64,000 bases of DNA from an uncultured Nitrososphaeraceae archaeon (GCA_963765895.1 CAVXZB010000084.1:288001-352000), one strand, 5' to 3'. Positions 22,851 through 34,901 are shown, counted from the first letter of the stretch. Notes: generated by a model not told the origin, from the letters alone. Made by a program: numbers and translations.

Positions 22851-23024
22851 TTCTAGAACGATGTGTATATCACTTACTCCTATTTGAACAAAAAAATAGT
22901 CTACTATATAAGAAACTATTAGAAATGATTACTATTTCATTAATACTGGAATATTATAGTTATCTAAATATAGAATACATCGCCCGAGAAATGTTAGAAG
23001 CATTCTGCTAAATGTTGCTAGTTA

Positions 23025-23549
23025 TCAAATGGACATTTTATCTCTAAAAGCTATATCATTGCCTAAAGAAATCATTTGCTCTTCCTTTTCTGATTTTAAT
23101 ACAGTCATTAATTCTGTTTCAAGTATATGAGGTAGCTTTCTGACCTTATTTTCCACAATATCTCTCATCTGTTCTAAATCTTTCGCGCGAATTTTCAGGA
23201 GAAGATCGAATCTTCCATGCATCTCATGGATTTCTAAGACTTCATCAATCATTGATAAATCAGAGATTATACTGTCTGCTGACCCGGGTTCAATATTAAT
23301 TCCCATAAATGCAAGATGATCGTAGCCTAGCAGACCATTGTCCACTGAAATGGTAAATTTATTAATTATTCCTGCTGATATCATCCTCCTGACTCTTATA
23401 TGTATAGTAGCGTCTGAAACCCCGATCTGTTTGGCTATATTTACAAAGGGCGTCGAAGAGTCCTTATTCAAAATATCAATTATTTTAAGATTAACATCAT
23501 CGATTAGCCTACGATTACCATCAACGCTATTCAAATCAGCAGCCTGCAA
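23025..23549 (-). CDS. Lrp/AsnC family transcriptional regulator
   Basis: IDDVNLKIIDILNKDSSTPFVNIAKQIGVSDATIHIRVRRM HTH plus a RAM domain (GRFDLLLKIRA). Confidence 0.92.
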   Translation of the reverse strand: MQAADLNSVDGNRRLIDDVNLKIIDILNKDSSTPFVNIAKQIGVSDATIHIRVRRMISAGIINKFTISVDNGLLGYDHLAFMGINIEPGSADSIISDLSMIDEVLEIHEMHGRFDLLLKIRAKDLEQMRDIVENKVRKLPHILETELMTVLKSEKEEQMISLGNDIAFRDKMSI

Positions 23550-24311
23550 GATAATATCATTTGCAACTATTCAAAGGTGATATAAAATGATTTGGTCTTG
23601 CTATTTGTAAATAAAAGTCAGTTTTAACAATTTATGGGAATTTTAGAGTAATTTGTCCATTTGGACATTATATATTCTGACCGTAACACTATATACCAAA
23701 TATAAATTGAAGGTTCAATTTTCGTTAATTTCTGGAAAATCCGGCTTTTGCACTATCGAGCTTTGGATTTTGTCATTGCGCCTATAAACAAAGATCGGAG
23801 CTACTCCCAGTATCTATTTAATGGAAATACAACAGCGGCCATACTGATGAATTGCATTCGTTTGTATGGCCATAGATAACAATCATGGAAACCTTTGTAG
23901 ATAACATCATCAAAGGTCAACGGGGCGATTTTTTTTATCGGTCTTGTAAATAGGATAGAATTTCTAGTGTTACCTATGATGAATTGGAGCAATACCATAG
24001 GTCGCTCCCAGGCTTACGAGTATAATATTGATTGATATTTCCACAATTCAGTTATACATATGTATCCTGATTGATTGATCTAGTATGTGATGCATGTACA
24101 AGAAGTGAAGGTCAACCTGCTATGCAAACACAAAACTAAGATCTGTTTTCTGATTTGTATACTCAGATTGACGATGGGCTAGATTTTGGTTGATTGAAAG
24201 CCGCGATTAGAATTGGAGTAATGGAAGAGTTTTGTAATTTTGAAATGTATTCCAAAGGCATCTAAAACATATTTAATAGCGCTAGTGTTCAATTAGTATA
24301 GCTAATTATTA

Positions 24312-25382
24312 ATGAATTTTAGAATAAAATTAGGCATATCTGCTGCAATAATAGCGGCAGTCATATTAAGTTCTATCCTTTATGGTGCCGGGCCTTCATC
24401 GACAACTAATGGCTTAGATAGTGAACCATCAAATATTCTTAGAATTGGTTATTTTCCAAATTTGAACCACGCTCAAGCACTTATAGGGCTGGGGACTGGA
24501 AGTTTTCAGAGAGCTATCGGCGAAAATATCAAAATTAATTCAAAAATGTTTAGCGCCGGGCCCTCTCTTATTGAAGCTTTGTTTGCGAATCAGATAGACG
24601 TAGCCTATATTGGCCCAAATCCTACAATAAATGGCTACTATGTTTCTGATGGAAATGGACTAAAAGTAATTTCTGGGGCTGCGAGTGGAGGAGCGGTATT
24701 TGTAGTTAGAAATGACTCAGGAATTAATTCACATAAGGATCTTGGTAATCGAGTCTTCGCGTCTCCACAACTCGGGAATACTCAAGATGTTGCACTCAGA
24801 AAGTATTTAATATATAATGGATTCAAGACAAAAGAAAATGGAGGAAATGTTACATTAGTACAGGCAAGCCCGTCTGACATCCTTACCTTGTTTCTGAAGA
24901 AGCAGATCGATGGTGCATGGGTACCTGAACCTTGGGGAGCTAGATTAGTAAAAGAAGCTGGGGGCAAGATTCTAGTAGATGAAAGAAGTTTGTGGCCTGA
25001 TGGTAAGTTTGTAACTGCTAATATTATTGCCAGGACTGACTATCTTAAGAATAACCCAAACATAATCAGAAAATTTTTGACAGCCAACGTTGATGAGACA
25101 ATCTGGATAAACAAAAATAAAAATATGGGAATAGAATTGTTTAATGAAGCTTTAAAAAATATTACAGGCAAGACTATACGACCAGACGAATTAGCAGACG
25201 CCTGGTCCAGGACAGCATTTACCTACGACCCAGTCAAAACTTCATTATTTCAGTCAGCAAAGAGTGCATATGACCTGGGATTTCTTGCAAGAGGAAAAGA
25301 AAGGCCAAATCTTTCCGGGTTGTATGATTTGACGATCTTAAATGATATTCTCAATCGAAAGTCTCTACAAAAACTAAGATAG
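24312..25382 (+). CDS. ABC transporter substrate-binding protein, NitT/TauT (SsuA-like)
   Basis: LRIGYFPNLNHAQA, FSAGPSLIEAL, YIGPNP, ASPQLGNTQD and WVPEPW. Confidence 0.9.
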   Translation: MNFRIKLGISAAIIAAVILSSILYGAGPSSTTNGLDSEPSNILRIGYFPNLNHAQALIGLGTGSFQRAIGENIKINSKMFSAGPSLIEALFANQIDVAYIGPNPTINGYYVSDGNGLKVISGAASGGAVFVVRNDSGINSHKDLGNRVFASPQLGNTQDVALRKYLIYNGFKTKENGGNVTLVQASPSDILTLFLKKQIDGAWVPEPWGARLVKEAGGKILVDERSLWPDGKFVTANIIARTDYLKNNPNIIRKFLTANVDETIWINKNKNMGIELFNEALKNITGKTIRPDELADAWSRTAFTYDPVKTSLFQSAKSAYDLGFLARGKERPNLSGLYDLTILNDILNRKSLQKLR

Positions 25383-25739
25383 CAAGTAACCAATCCTAAA
25401 CTGGCATTTCTTATGATTTAGGCAAAGACTTTTAGAGTTGGATATGGGGCTGAACGTCTGCCTCGCCCAGTGATAGGAATTAAAATGGCCCCCCATTCTT
25501 GGCATATTTTCGCCAATATTTTCTCAGCTTGAATTTCATGTCATTATATCCAGGTTAGGCTTATGGAATGTCAACTCATAGTGTTACAATAATCCGCCGT
25601 AGCTTTTCTGGTTTCCAATCATTAATTGTCTTGACAGTTTCTGGTTTGCAATAATGAGTAGATACATGCTGGTGCAGATTAATCATTTATTCAACTGTAG
25701 ACGAACCTTGGTTGATAAAGCAATATATCGGCTTCATAA

Positions 25740-26675
25740 CTAAAAGATGCTTTCATTCAGTATCATTGCTAACAAAGCGGATCTAAGATCCTTGCCATAG
25801 GCTGCCTGTTTAAAGTAAATCGCATTAACTGTGTTATCTAAGGACTGAGAAATCTCATCCATTCTTGGCATTGGATGCATGATTGATACGTCACTTTTGG
25901 CATTTTTGAGAACGTCAGTGTCAATTATATAAGAGCCTTTGACGTTTTCGTATTCCTGCAGATCTGGAAATCTTTCTCTCTGAATTCTAGTAACGTAGAT
26001 TATATCAAGTTTGGGCAAGATATCCTCTAGGGTAGTATGTTCCTGAATTCTTAATTTGTGTCTAACTTCATAGAGGGATTCCATCCTTATCTTCAAAGAT
26101 GCTGGAGAAACTAGATGAATTTTCACGTCGTAATAGGTCAGGCCATACAATAATGAATATACTGTTCTACCATATTTGAGGTCACCTATTACACCAATAG
26201 TGAGTCCATCTATTCGCTTTTTTTCCTTAACTATTGTGTATAGATCTAGCATTGCTTGCGTAGGATGCTCTTCACTTCCACTCCCTCCGTTAATAACAGG
26301 ATTGTTTGATAATTCACAGGCGAATCTGCTTGAACCGTCTAAAGGATGACGTAACACAACGATATCAGAATAGAGGTCCATAATCCGGATTGTATCTGCC
26401 AGACTCTCTCCTTTCTCGATCGAAGATGATTTGGGATCAGATATCCCTAGTGAACTACCACCCAACGAAGCCATCGCGGCTTCGAAGCTCATTCTCGTTC
26501 TAGTACTTGGTTCATAAAAAACTGAACCCAGAACTCGGCCTTTTCCGAGTTCGCTCTTTTCAGTTGGCTTTAAATTACGTAGTTTGTCGGTATATGTAAA
26601 TATAAGTTCCAGATCCTGTTTGTTGATATCTTTAATTGATACTATGTCACGGTTGTAAAAATTGTTTTTAAGCAT
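25740..26675 (-). CDS. pyrB: Aspartate carbamoyltransferase catalytic subunit
   Basis: FYEPSTRTRMSF, HPTQ, GDLKYGRTV, YVTRIQRER and HPMPR. Confidence 0.97.
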   Translation of the reverse strand: MLKNNFYNRDIVSIKDINKQDLELIFTYTDKLRNLKPTEKSELGKGRVLGSVFYEPSTRTRMSFEAAMASLGGSSLGISDPKSSSIEKGESLADTIRIMDLYSDIVVLRHPLDGSSRFACELSNNPVINGGSGSEEHPTQAMLDLYTIVKEKKRIDGLTIGVIGDLKYGRTVYSLLYGLTYYDVKIHLVSPASLKIRMESLYEVRHKLRIQEHTTLEDILPKLDIIYVTRIQRERFPDLQEYENVKGSYIIDTDVLKNAKSDVSIMHPMPRMDEISQSLDNTVNAIYFKQAAYGKDLRSALLAMILNESIF

Positions 26676-27048
26676 TGTGTAGTTTATTCCTTGAACTCAT
26701 ACCATTTTAAGCATGTCGGAGTTTGTTTTCAAAAAATATTATCTATTAAATCTAAAAAAAGACTAAACAAATTGACAAGGATTTCACATATGAGAAAATT
26801 TTTTGCACGCTGATCTCATTTTATGGATTCATACTATTTTGTAATTACGATCATACTGCCTTGTCATTAGTTGATAAGGTGGCTTGGTAGTAAGTTGAAG
26901 GTACATTGTATCGGACAGATATATCTACGCGACTTGACTTACACATACTTATTGCAATTGAAAACTGAACGATTAGGTTCGATAATGAATAATATTTAAT
27001 AATTCAAGCCAATAAGTTCATATGAACAAGATATTGAAATTTCCTTGA

Positions 27049-27717
27049 TTGGGAATTTACAGATATGATATATATAAAAGCCCAAATATTGGACTATTTG
27101 CGAAAATTAACGATCGAATCATGATACTCCCCTTTGGAGTTCCGTCTACCAAAACTACCAAGCTCTTAGATTATTTACAGATTGATGAAAAGGTCTTTGG
27201 ATCGATTGCAGGTACACGGATCATTGGTGCGATGATGGTAATGAATAGCAATGGAATTCTGGTGCCAGCTACTGCTCTTGATGAGGAAATTCAAATACTT
27301 AGACAAGCTAGTGGGCTAAGGGTTGAACGTCTTAAAACCAAGTTCACTGCTATCGGGAATTTGATATCTAGCAACGATAAAGGAGCTATAATTTCACCAT
27401 TATTTGAAAATGAAGTGCTGGAACAGGTTCAGGATGTATTGGAAGTACCTACAAACTCTATGACCGTAGGTGGCTATGTACAGATTGGATCGGCGATCGT
27501 TGCCACTAATTTAGGCGCGGCAGTACATCCCAAGGCTACTGATGAGGAAATCAAAAATATATCAGACATACTTAAAGTCCCAGTGGAGCCTGTAACAGTG
27601 AATGGTGGTATACCGTTTCTATCCTACGGCATTCTTGCTAATTCAAAATCAGTTATTGTAGGCAGCCCGACAAGCGGACCAGAGTTAGTAATGATTAGTA
27701 GAATTTTCAAGATATGA
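27049..27717 (+). CDS. eif6: Translation initiation factor 6 (aIF6)
   Basis: Pentein repeats SPNIGLF, IAGTRIIG, TAIGNLI, GAAVHP, TVNGG and TSGPEL. Confidence 0.93.
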   Translation: MGIYRYDIYKSPNIGLFAKINDRIMILPFGVPSTKTTKLLDYLQIDEKVFGSIAGTRIIGAMMVMNSNGILVPATALDEEIQILRQASGLRVERLKTKFTAIGNLISSNDKGAIISPLFENEVLEQVQDVLEVPTNSMTVGGYVQIGSAIVATNLGAAVHPKATDEEIKNISDILKVPVEPVTVNGGIPFLSYGILANSKSVIVGSPTSGPELVMISRIFKI

Positions 27718-28593
27718 CCATGAATTGATGCGCAGAATTGGAATCGGACAATCACCTGTTAATTTGATTTCGAGAAATGGAGTTGCAATAGTTCATTTAT
27801 AATTATTTTGAATAATTCCTAATTTGGTATTTGTAGTATCTTATAGTTACCCTGTCGATATCGCTGTTTTCCTAAGTCTATTCTAATGGAACACTATTTC
27901 TGTTCAAAACAGGCAAGTAAGTAAAGAAATGATTGCAGATGAGTCAAGGTACTTTCTGATCTACAATAGGGTAATGATTCGTAATAGCATATTCGGAACC
28001 ATCTCCTGTTACGCATAATAATCAGCTCGCTTTTGAAGTAGAATGCATTAGGGATAGAGAAAGCCCGCTGCCGCACCTGGCAACAAAGACCAAGATCTTA
28101 GCAAGCGAGGTCACTATCCTTTCCAAGTGAATATTGTTGGTTACTATAATATGCAGAGTGACATTTAATAAACTTTCCGATTATATTGTATCTAATAATT
28201 AGTTTTTTTTATATAAGCTAGAGATATCTTAATTAATGCCCATTTTTCTTATAAAATAATGAATTTGAATATATTGATTTTTTGTAAATTATGAGATGTA
28301 CAAGTGCCATCACCTAAGATCTAGCAGTCAACATTATAGCTGAAATAATCTTTATGTGTGCTATACTTATCAGTAAATTATGATTAGGGATGGATCGAAC
28401 ACTTGTCGCTTTTAGAAGCCTTCTTTAATTGCCAGCTCAATTTTGCTGTTGACCCGCTAGGACGACATATTTAAAAAATTGAATTGTTGTAAAGCAATAC
28501 TACGCAAAGGCTATTAAATAGTCTATTGTCAATAATAAATCAAATTATAATCTATAGTGGACCAACTTGCCTTCCGCAGACAATAATAATAAC

Positions 28594-28634
28594 AAATTGA
28601 AATCCATTCAGTTGCAGTCAATGGATTTCAATTT
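28594..28634. promoter_or_regulatory. Perfect 15-bp inverted repeat upstream of the TATA box of the Lrp-RAM gene
   Basis: AAATTGAAATCCATT-n11-AATGGATTTCAATTT, with TTTAATA at ~28661 and ATG at 28683. Confidence 0.55.
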
Positions 28635-28682
28635 TCAGTACGAGCCCCACATCATAGCAGTTTAATACTTCTATTACGGAAT

Positions 28683-28931
28683 ATGATCATGCCCACCGCA
28701 TACGTTCTTCTAAATTGTGAACTCGGACATGAAAATGAAATCATTAATGAACTGAAGAAACTGCCAGGTGTAGTTGAGGTAGAAGGATCCTACGGCGTCT
28801 ATGATATGATTGTGAAGATTAGTGCTGATACTATGGATAAGTTAAAGGAAACTATAACATGGCATGTTAGAAAGATTGAAAAAATTAAATCAACGCTTAC
28901 GTTAATCGTAATCGAGGGTCAAGGAACATGA
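28683..28931 (+). CDS. Stand-alone Lrp/AsnC ligand-binding (RAM) domain protein
   Basis: MPTAYVLLNCELGHE...YGVYDMIVKI...IRKIEKIKSTLTLI-like pattern. Confidence 0.9.
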   Translation: MIMPTAYVLLNCELGHENEIINELKKLPGVVEVEGSYGVYDMIVKISADTMDKLKETITWHVRKIEKIKSTLTLIVIEGQGT

Positions 28932-29180
28932 ATATAGAAAGATAGACTCAGGGTTGAATCTACACTGGATTCGTCCTGGGGAGATGCTACTAAACAGTAC
29001 GTAAATGATAAGATGATATTGTTGTTAGTAATATTTCAAGTAGAGGGACATGTTTTCACCACATTTTTGGTCTTCTTACTGGATCCGTAGGATGATCCAA
29101 CATAATAATAAATTTTTGTAATAATTAACCAGTTGTATAGGTAGTTTGAATAGCTCTATTGTATTGACTGCAAAATCTGT

Positions 29181-29757
29181 TCATACTGGGTCATTAATGG
29201 CAGCCTTACTTATACTCGATTTTTTTGACATTAGATAGAATCCGTGAGCCGAAATGAGTAACGTCGGCAAGGGACATTTTTGTAGCAAATACAAGATTCC
29301 AAGGGGTTTTTGGATTAGGATATGGAACATTAATACTATCTAATTTCATTATACCTCTCATTATATCGACTGTGATGAACGAATTCCAGAGTATAAAATT
29401 ATAGATAAATTCATAGAGTGCAATGATTGCAATAGCTAATACCACAATTTGAAGTATCGATTTTGTCGATTTAGAAATTCCTTGTACTTTATTAGCTCCA
29501 AGCTTAGTTACACAGTACCATCCAACTACCGATACGATCATTAAGTACGTTACAAGTTTTGATAGACCCTTTACTGGAAATTCCGTATCCACGAGCACTT
29601 CTCCGATGACTACCTTCCCTGTATGGAGGTATTCATTAACACTTACGTAAACCGCATAAGTAGTAATAGCAGCCATAACAAACGCGCAAGCATAAAATAT
29701 TCCAAGATATAATTTTCTCGTAATCTTCGCGTCTCCTTCTAAACGTAGATTATGCAT
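29181..29757 (-). CDS. Hypothetical membrane protein, probable frameshift near the 3' end
   Basis: Several TM helices. After FATKMSLA (~29265) another frame continues a hydrophobic helix LLISAHGFYLMSKK to a stop near 29181; the track ORF ends at 29206. Confidence 0.7.
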
Positions 29758-30245
29758 TCCCGTGGGGTAGTAATGGTAATAACAGATATAAATAACTATT
29801 AGGATGCAAAATAGAAATTGATTGGCTAAAGCTCTTAATTTTAAAGAATAATAGATTTTTTAAATTACTCATCAAAAGGATCTAGCAGGCCAATGTTTTA
29901 GAAATCAAGTCATTAATTATATGATGCAAGTGTCATTATTTAATGAGGATACAGATAGTGTGATAACGATACTGACTACACGGTATAATTGAGGAAATCA
30001 ATTCGTGATGTAGAAGTGATAAACATCGCATCCAATATTAGACAACCAGCATAAACTGCTATATGCCAGTCAATAATATACTTGATGGAATCTGGCACCC
30101 TGTAGATGATCGAATTTGAATTTCTGATATGACTCCGATGGGCGTTGCAGCGTTAGCAGAAAGAGGAAAGCCTTGTTTGAGAGTGATAATCCACCAGAAG
30201 GATTATTAAGCATAAATGTCGAATTGATCCTGATTATACAAGTAG

Positions 30246-30653
30246 ATGGAGGATTCGAATAATTATTCTGAGACTGAAACGCTAAAGTTGAGGGGCAAAA
30301 CAGCAATTAGTTCTGCCCACAAAAATGTATCCATTGAGGATGAGAGGAGAATTACGAATAGAATATCAGATATATATAAAGTCACAATAGAGGAAGCCAG
30401 TGACATACATGTTAACTATCATCATGATAGAATAAGAAATATGCTCCGCAATAGGGCAAAAAAACATGGAATGACCGATAAGGTATTCGAGGAAAGTGTA
30501 CAGCGTTTGAATATTTTAAAATATGCTCTCAGCATCTCTCGTGGAGAGCTGATAGAGATGGCAGCAGGTGACATACTCTTTAAACAACTTTCAATTATGC
30601 AAAGTGAGAATGAAGATACTCCCGAAGATAGATACTTTAATTTTTACCAATAG
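30246..30653 (+). CDS. Hypothetical protein
   Basis: 135-aa helical, charged ORF; no motif recognised. Confidence 0.5.
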   Translation: MEDSNNYSETETLKLRGKTAISSAHKNVSIEDERRITNRISDIYKVTIEEASDIHVNYHHDRIRNMLRNRAKKHGMTDKVFEESVQRLNILKYALSISRGELIEMAAGDILFKQLSIMQSENEDTPEDRYFNFYQ

Positions 30654-31195
30654 TTGGGGAGATACTATCTATGGCTACTAACTTGGTACCCAGATTTTAT
30701 GCAAATAATGCTTTAACATTGCCGATGAAAATCAACCTGATATCATCACCAATGATAACCTGCTGCAGAATAATTATGCAAAATATGAACGAGTTCGTAT
30801 AAAGATAATAGTGAGAAATGATAATAATCACTTAAGTTAGAGTAATATAGCTGGTTAGGATGGCTGTACCCTTCCCTTCTTACTTATTGAGTTTATTTAG
30901 ACAGTGTCATCGTAATTGATGATAAATATGAATAATTTGGAAATAAAAGACGCTCCACTGGACTATCATCATCTTCTACAACTATCTAGTATTGGTAATT
31001 GTTAATTAAATAAGCCAAGCGAAAAATTGACAGTTAGTTAGTTTGTTCAATTTATATACCAGTTTGTAGTATATTTATGTTCTGCTAAATAGTTTTTATG
31101 AATATTCTATAAGACTTATTTAGTAGTTAGTTAGTTTTCAATGTACAACATCCTGAAATACAAAGCGTGGTTCATCTACTTTACCAAACAATATA

Positions 31196-31918
31196 TTAAC
31201 TTCCTGAAAATACCCACGCAAATAAGGTTAAGAACTGTCTGAGGGATAATAGCCTGTACTTCTCCATAATTTTCTTTACATCTTCATCGCTAACTTGTGA
31301 AAAGTCTTTATAGAATTGTCCAACTGCATTAAAGATTTCAGGTAAATATAAAATTATTAATTTATCGGCGGCTTGCTCCAGTTCGTTGATTGTATCCTGT
31401 GATTGTGGTGCTACTGGGACAGCGATAACGAAATGTTTGCTTTGTTGTTTTTCCTTCATCCAGCGTGCTGCCGCAATCATAGTTGATCCTGTGGCTATAC
31501 CATCATCAACCAAGATAACTATTTTTTCATTTGACTCATAGGAATAATGATCACTGCCTCTAAACTCGATTAATCTTCTACCTATTTCTTTTTTTTGCAC
31601 TGCAATATTATCATCTATAAATTGCTTAGATATAGCAGGAAAATTGGCCATTACTTTTTCGTTAGAGTAATATGTTCCATCAGGCATGACTGCTCCAATT
31701 GCAAGCTCAGGGTTCCATGGTGCTCCAACTTTTCTTGAAACAATAATATCAAGTCCACATCCTAAATGCGAAGCGACAATATCGCCAACTATTACACCTC
31801 CTCTAGGAATGGCCAAGACTATGATTGATTCTCCGGCAATTTGTCCAAATTTGCTTTGTAACCACTCCTTTATCTTTGACGCAAGCTCCTCAGCGGCCTC
31901 TCTTCTGTTCTGGAACAT
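31196..31918 (-). CDS. Phosphoribosyltransferase-family protein
   Basis: MFQNRREA, LAIPRGG, RKVGAPWNPELAIGAV, VILVDDGIATGST PRPP loop and AVGQFY..F.QVSD. Confidence 0.92.
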   Translation of the reverse strand: MFQNRREAAEELASKIKEWLQSKFGQIAGESIIVLAIPRGGVIVGDIVASHLGCGLDIIVSRKVGAPWNPELAIGAVMPDGTYYSNEKVMANFPAISKQFIDDNIAVQKKEIGRRLIEFRGSDHYSYESNEKIVILVDDGIATGSTMIAAARWMKEKQQSKHFVIAVPVAPQSQDTINELEQAADKLIILYLPEIFNAVGQFYKDFSQVSDEDVKKIMEKYRLLSLRQFLTLFAWVFSGS

Positions 31919-32373
31919 TTTCTACAATTATAACACATTTTCTTAGCCTGCTTATATATGATAGTGATTGGATCAGTGACATAGGTACATTCTTTTACGG
32001 CCTCAATTTTCTAGCATAAGATTATGAATACATGCTTAACGTTTACACACGCATACGCAACATCCTTAATTATGTGCGAATATATTGTATTGACAGCAAA
32101 ACCTAATAATTATTCTAGTACAATAGTGGCGTCATACGTTCATGTCATCATATCTTGTATCACACCTTTAACAAATCCTACACTTAAAGATTTTATTTTC
32201 TACCAAAAGGACTCCCAGAAACTAGAATAACATAGCAGTCTACAGGTTTAATATTGACCACTTGTTAGTTAGTGGCATCATGTTTGTAAAACTGATGAAA
32301 TTAATTTGATAGCAAACGACCAGCTGCTGGCGTTTACTGCAAATTTCTTGTTAGCAATGACTCCAGAATGGCC

Positions 32374-33450
32374 TCAAAGCGTTCCGTTGTCAGAGACTCC
32401 CTTGATGATCAAGTGATGTTCTCCTTTTGGTATAAAAAGATTCAATCTTATTGTTTTGCCATCTCTATTTATTGTTAATTTCGAGTTGTAATCCAACGGA
32501 TAGGGTTTTCCATCCATTGTCACAGATACTGTATGATGGTATGATAACTGCGCAAGTCTAAATGTAAGCGGTCCGCCAGTAGGGTTGTAATGTTCTACGC
32601 CAAATTTTATGCTATCGGTACTATTGTCATATCTAAAATCACTTACTTTTGCAATAGCCTGCAAATCGTAGGCTATAAATTTGCCATTACCCACGACCAG
32701 CGTATTAATAGGGTCGTTTAGATCAACTCCCGCACAACTGTAGTAAACCACCTTTGTTTTTATGGCTGCATCTGGAATAGCAGTGAATTTGACTTCCTCC
32801 CCTGGCCTAACTATGGAAACAGGCTGACTCTTTACTGAATCTATTTGTTTTCCAGCACCATCGTGCGCAGACGCGTATATACTGACATTATGGAGATCTA
32901 CCTGGCCTATATTTTTCGCAGTCCCTGTAAGTAGGCCATCCGGACGGGATGCCAGATTGGAATAGTTTAGTCTTAACATACTATCGAAGTTAGGAATGGG
33001 CATGAACGATTGGCTCATCAGAAATGCCTTGCCACGTACATTATAGAAATTTGGATCAATCACAAACTTAAACGGAGATCCGCTTTGAGGATATATGATT
33101 TTCCCATAAAGCGGCTGGACCATAGTTGATATTTCAAGATCATTGCTCTTAATTTCGTGTTCAGGATCGCCTTTTTGAGTTACATTTAGGCCAACTCTTA
33201 CTTGTGCAGGAGTGGTACCAGCGTTGTCGACAACTCCTACTATGTTTAGCATGCCATGCGAATCTATGAAAGAACCCTGCTTTGCAAATGTAAAATTGTT
33301 CACAGATAAAATTGATTGGCGGTTATTTAATACCGCAAATGCACTTTGGTCAAACATTGAATAAGACCAATAAAATGCAATCATGATACTTGCTAAAGAC
33401 ATTATTAGCTTAATTTTTGTTAAATAATCCAATACTGTCCTTACCTTCAA
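32374..33450 (-). CDS. Secreted multi-Ig-domain protein (FxLYD-like repeats)
   Basis: Signal anchor, then two domains with IVGVVDNAG / LTGTAKNIG..VSIYASAHDGAGKQI..PGEEVKF patterns. Confidence 0.65.
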   Translation of the reverse strand: MKVRTVLDYLTKIKLIMSLASIMIAFYWSYSMFDQSAFAVLNNRQSILSVNNFTFAKQGSFIDSHGMLNIVGVVDNAGTTPAQVRVGLNVTQKGDPEHEIKSNDLEISTMVQPLYGKIIYPQSGSPFKFVIDPNFYNVRGKAFLMSQSFMPIPNFDSMLRLNYSNLASRPDGLLTGTAKNIGQVDLHNVSIYASAHDGAGKQIDSVKSQPVSIVRPGEEVKFTAIPDAAIKTKVVYYSCAGVDLNDPINTLVVGNGKFIAYDLQAIAKVSDFRYDNSTDSIKFGVEHYNPTGGPLTFRLAQLSYHHTVSVTMDGKPYPLDYNSKLTINRDGKTIRLNLFIPKGEHHLIIKGVSDNGTL

Positions 33451-34164
33451 AAGTGAATATAAATTAAACTATTAATTTGAAGTTACCAATTAATGATGCA
33501 TAGGAGCGTTCTTTGTACATCAATCTGTCAGAGTTGGCAGTGAAGGTTGATGATATTCTATTAAAAATTCATGCAGGAATACCCATTTTAGGGCCCGATA
33601 TGCGAGGAAACCATAATAGACTGCTACAACGAATACAATAATCTTGAGCAACATCTGAAGTTGAGGATGATTGCATTCTAGATTTGGCAACACCTATGCT
33701 GGATTTTATGGATTAAGTCATACAAGCCCTTTATGCATATCCCTGGAATATGGATAAAATTATGTTACCCTATCAGAAGTTACAGGTGATGACAATTAAA
33801 TAGATATTAAATGAAGTTAAAACAGTAAAGATGTAGATGATTCGAATCATTTGGGTATATAATACAATTGATATTGACAAATAACAAATGACAATGACAA
33901 ATATCCAATCTTTCCTGGTGATTATGCATTCATTGCTCCAATTTCTCAGTGGAACCAGTATATTTAAAGCGTTCATAGTTCAACTTATGGTCTTCCATTA
34001 ATTCATGGTCTCGGTCGTTACTTTATTGTAATCATGCCTACAAAAAGTAGTAATCTGATGGAGTTTGTGTGACTCGGATTTTATCCGGCTATCTAACCCT
34101 TTTCATTAATGATGTCCTAAAACGAACTTAAAACAGAGTACATTGAAATAAAAAAAGATATAGT

Positions 34165-34635
34165 TTAAGTTACACTAACTTTTCCAACCATTGATGGATG
34201 TATAACGCAGTAATAATCAAAACTGCCTGTTTTGTCAAACGTATGACGGAAAGATTGCCCTGGCTGAATATCTCCTGAATTGAATTCTGATGAAGTTGAC
34301 GTTACTGTATGTCCTTCACGGTGATCATTAGTCCAGGTAACTGTGTCTCCAACTTTAACATCTATCGGATTAGGACTAAATGAGTTTGAATGTTTTATTC
34401 CAACTATCTGGACTTGGTTTGCTGTTTCAGTAGGCCCACTGAATTCAGCTGCCTGATTATTTGATGTATTAGGATTATTGTCGGTTGAGATAGTGTCAGA
34501 ACCGGAATCTTTGTGTTTTTTTGCAAATAATTGAGTTTCGGGGCCCATCATGGCATAAGCTATGCCAATTGCTATTACAGCCAAGGTTACAACTGCAATT
34601 ACTTTGGCTATTTTTAAATTCACATTCTTTGACAT
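34165..34635 (-). CDS. Plastocyanin/azurin-family cupredoxin (type-1 blue copper)
   Basis: FSPNPIDVKVGDTVTWTN...HTV...YYCVIHPSMVGKVSV with H/C/H/M ligands and an N-terminal TM. The start is placed at MSKNV. Confidence 0.93.
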   Translation of the reverse strand: MSKNVNLKIAKVIAVVTLAVIAIGIAYAMMGPETQLFAKKHKDSGSDTISTDNNPNTSNNQAAEFSGPTETANQVQIVGIKHSNSFSPNPIDVKVGDTVTWTNDHREGHTVTSTSSEFNSGDIQPGQSFRHTFDKTGSFDYYCVIHPSMVGKVSVT

Positions 34636-34901
34636 TTTAAATACAAAGCGAAGTGGTAAGTACCAAATATTTGAATTTTGGAAAATTAAAACAGAGCAAA
34701 TAGATAGTAAGGTGTATGGAAGAATGTAATATATCCAAATCATACATTATTTTAATATGTACATAGATAAAACAATTAGATAAATTAAACTTGGTTTATT
34801 ACGGAATTATTACGGAATTTATTGAATTCTTAAGTGGTCATTCGGATATTGATATTGATAATTTTTTAAACGTTTCCACAGTCTTTAAATCACATGTTTA
34901 T

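Noticed and set aside
23801-23998. ORF with KKIAPLTFDD resembling a polysaccharide deacetylase start
   Set aside because: Too short, with no further motifs; at most a remnant.
25390-25735. Expected pyrI downstream of pyrB
   Set aside because: No PyrI-like reading frame is seen.
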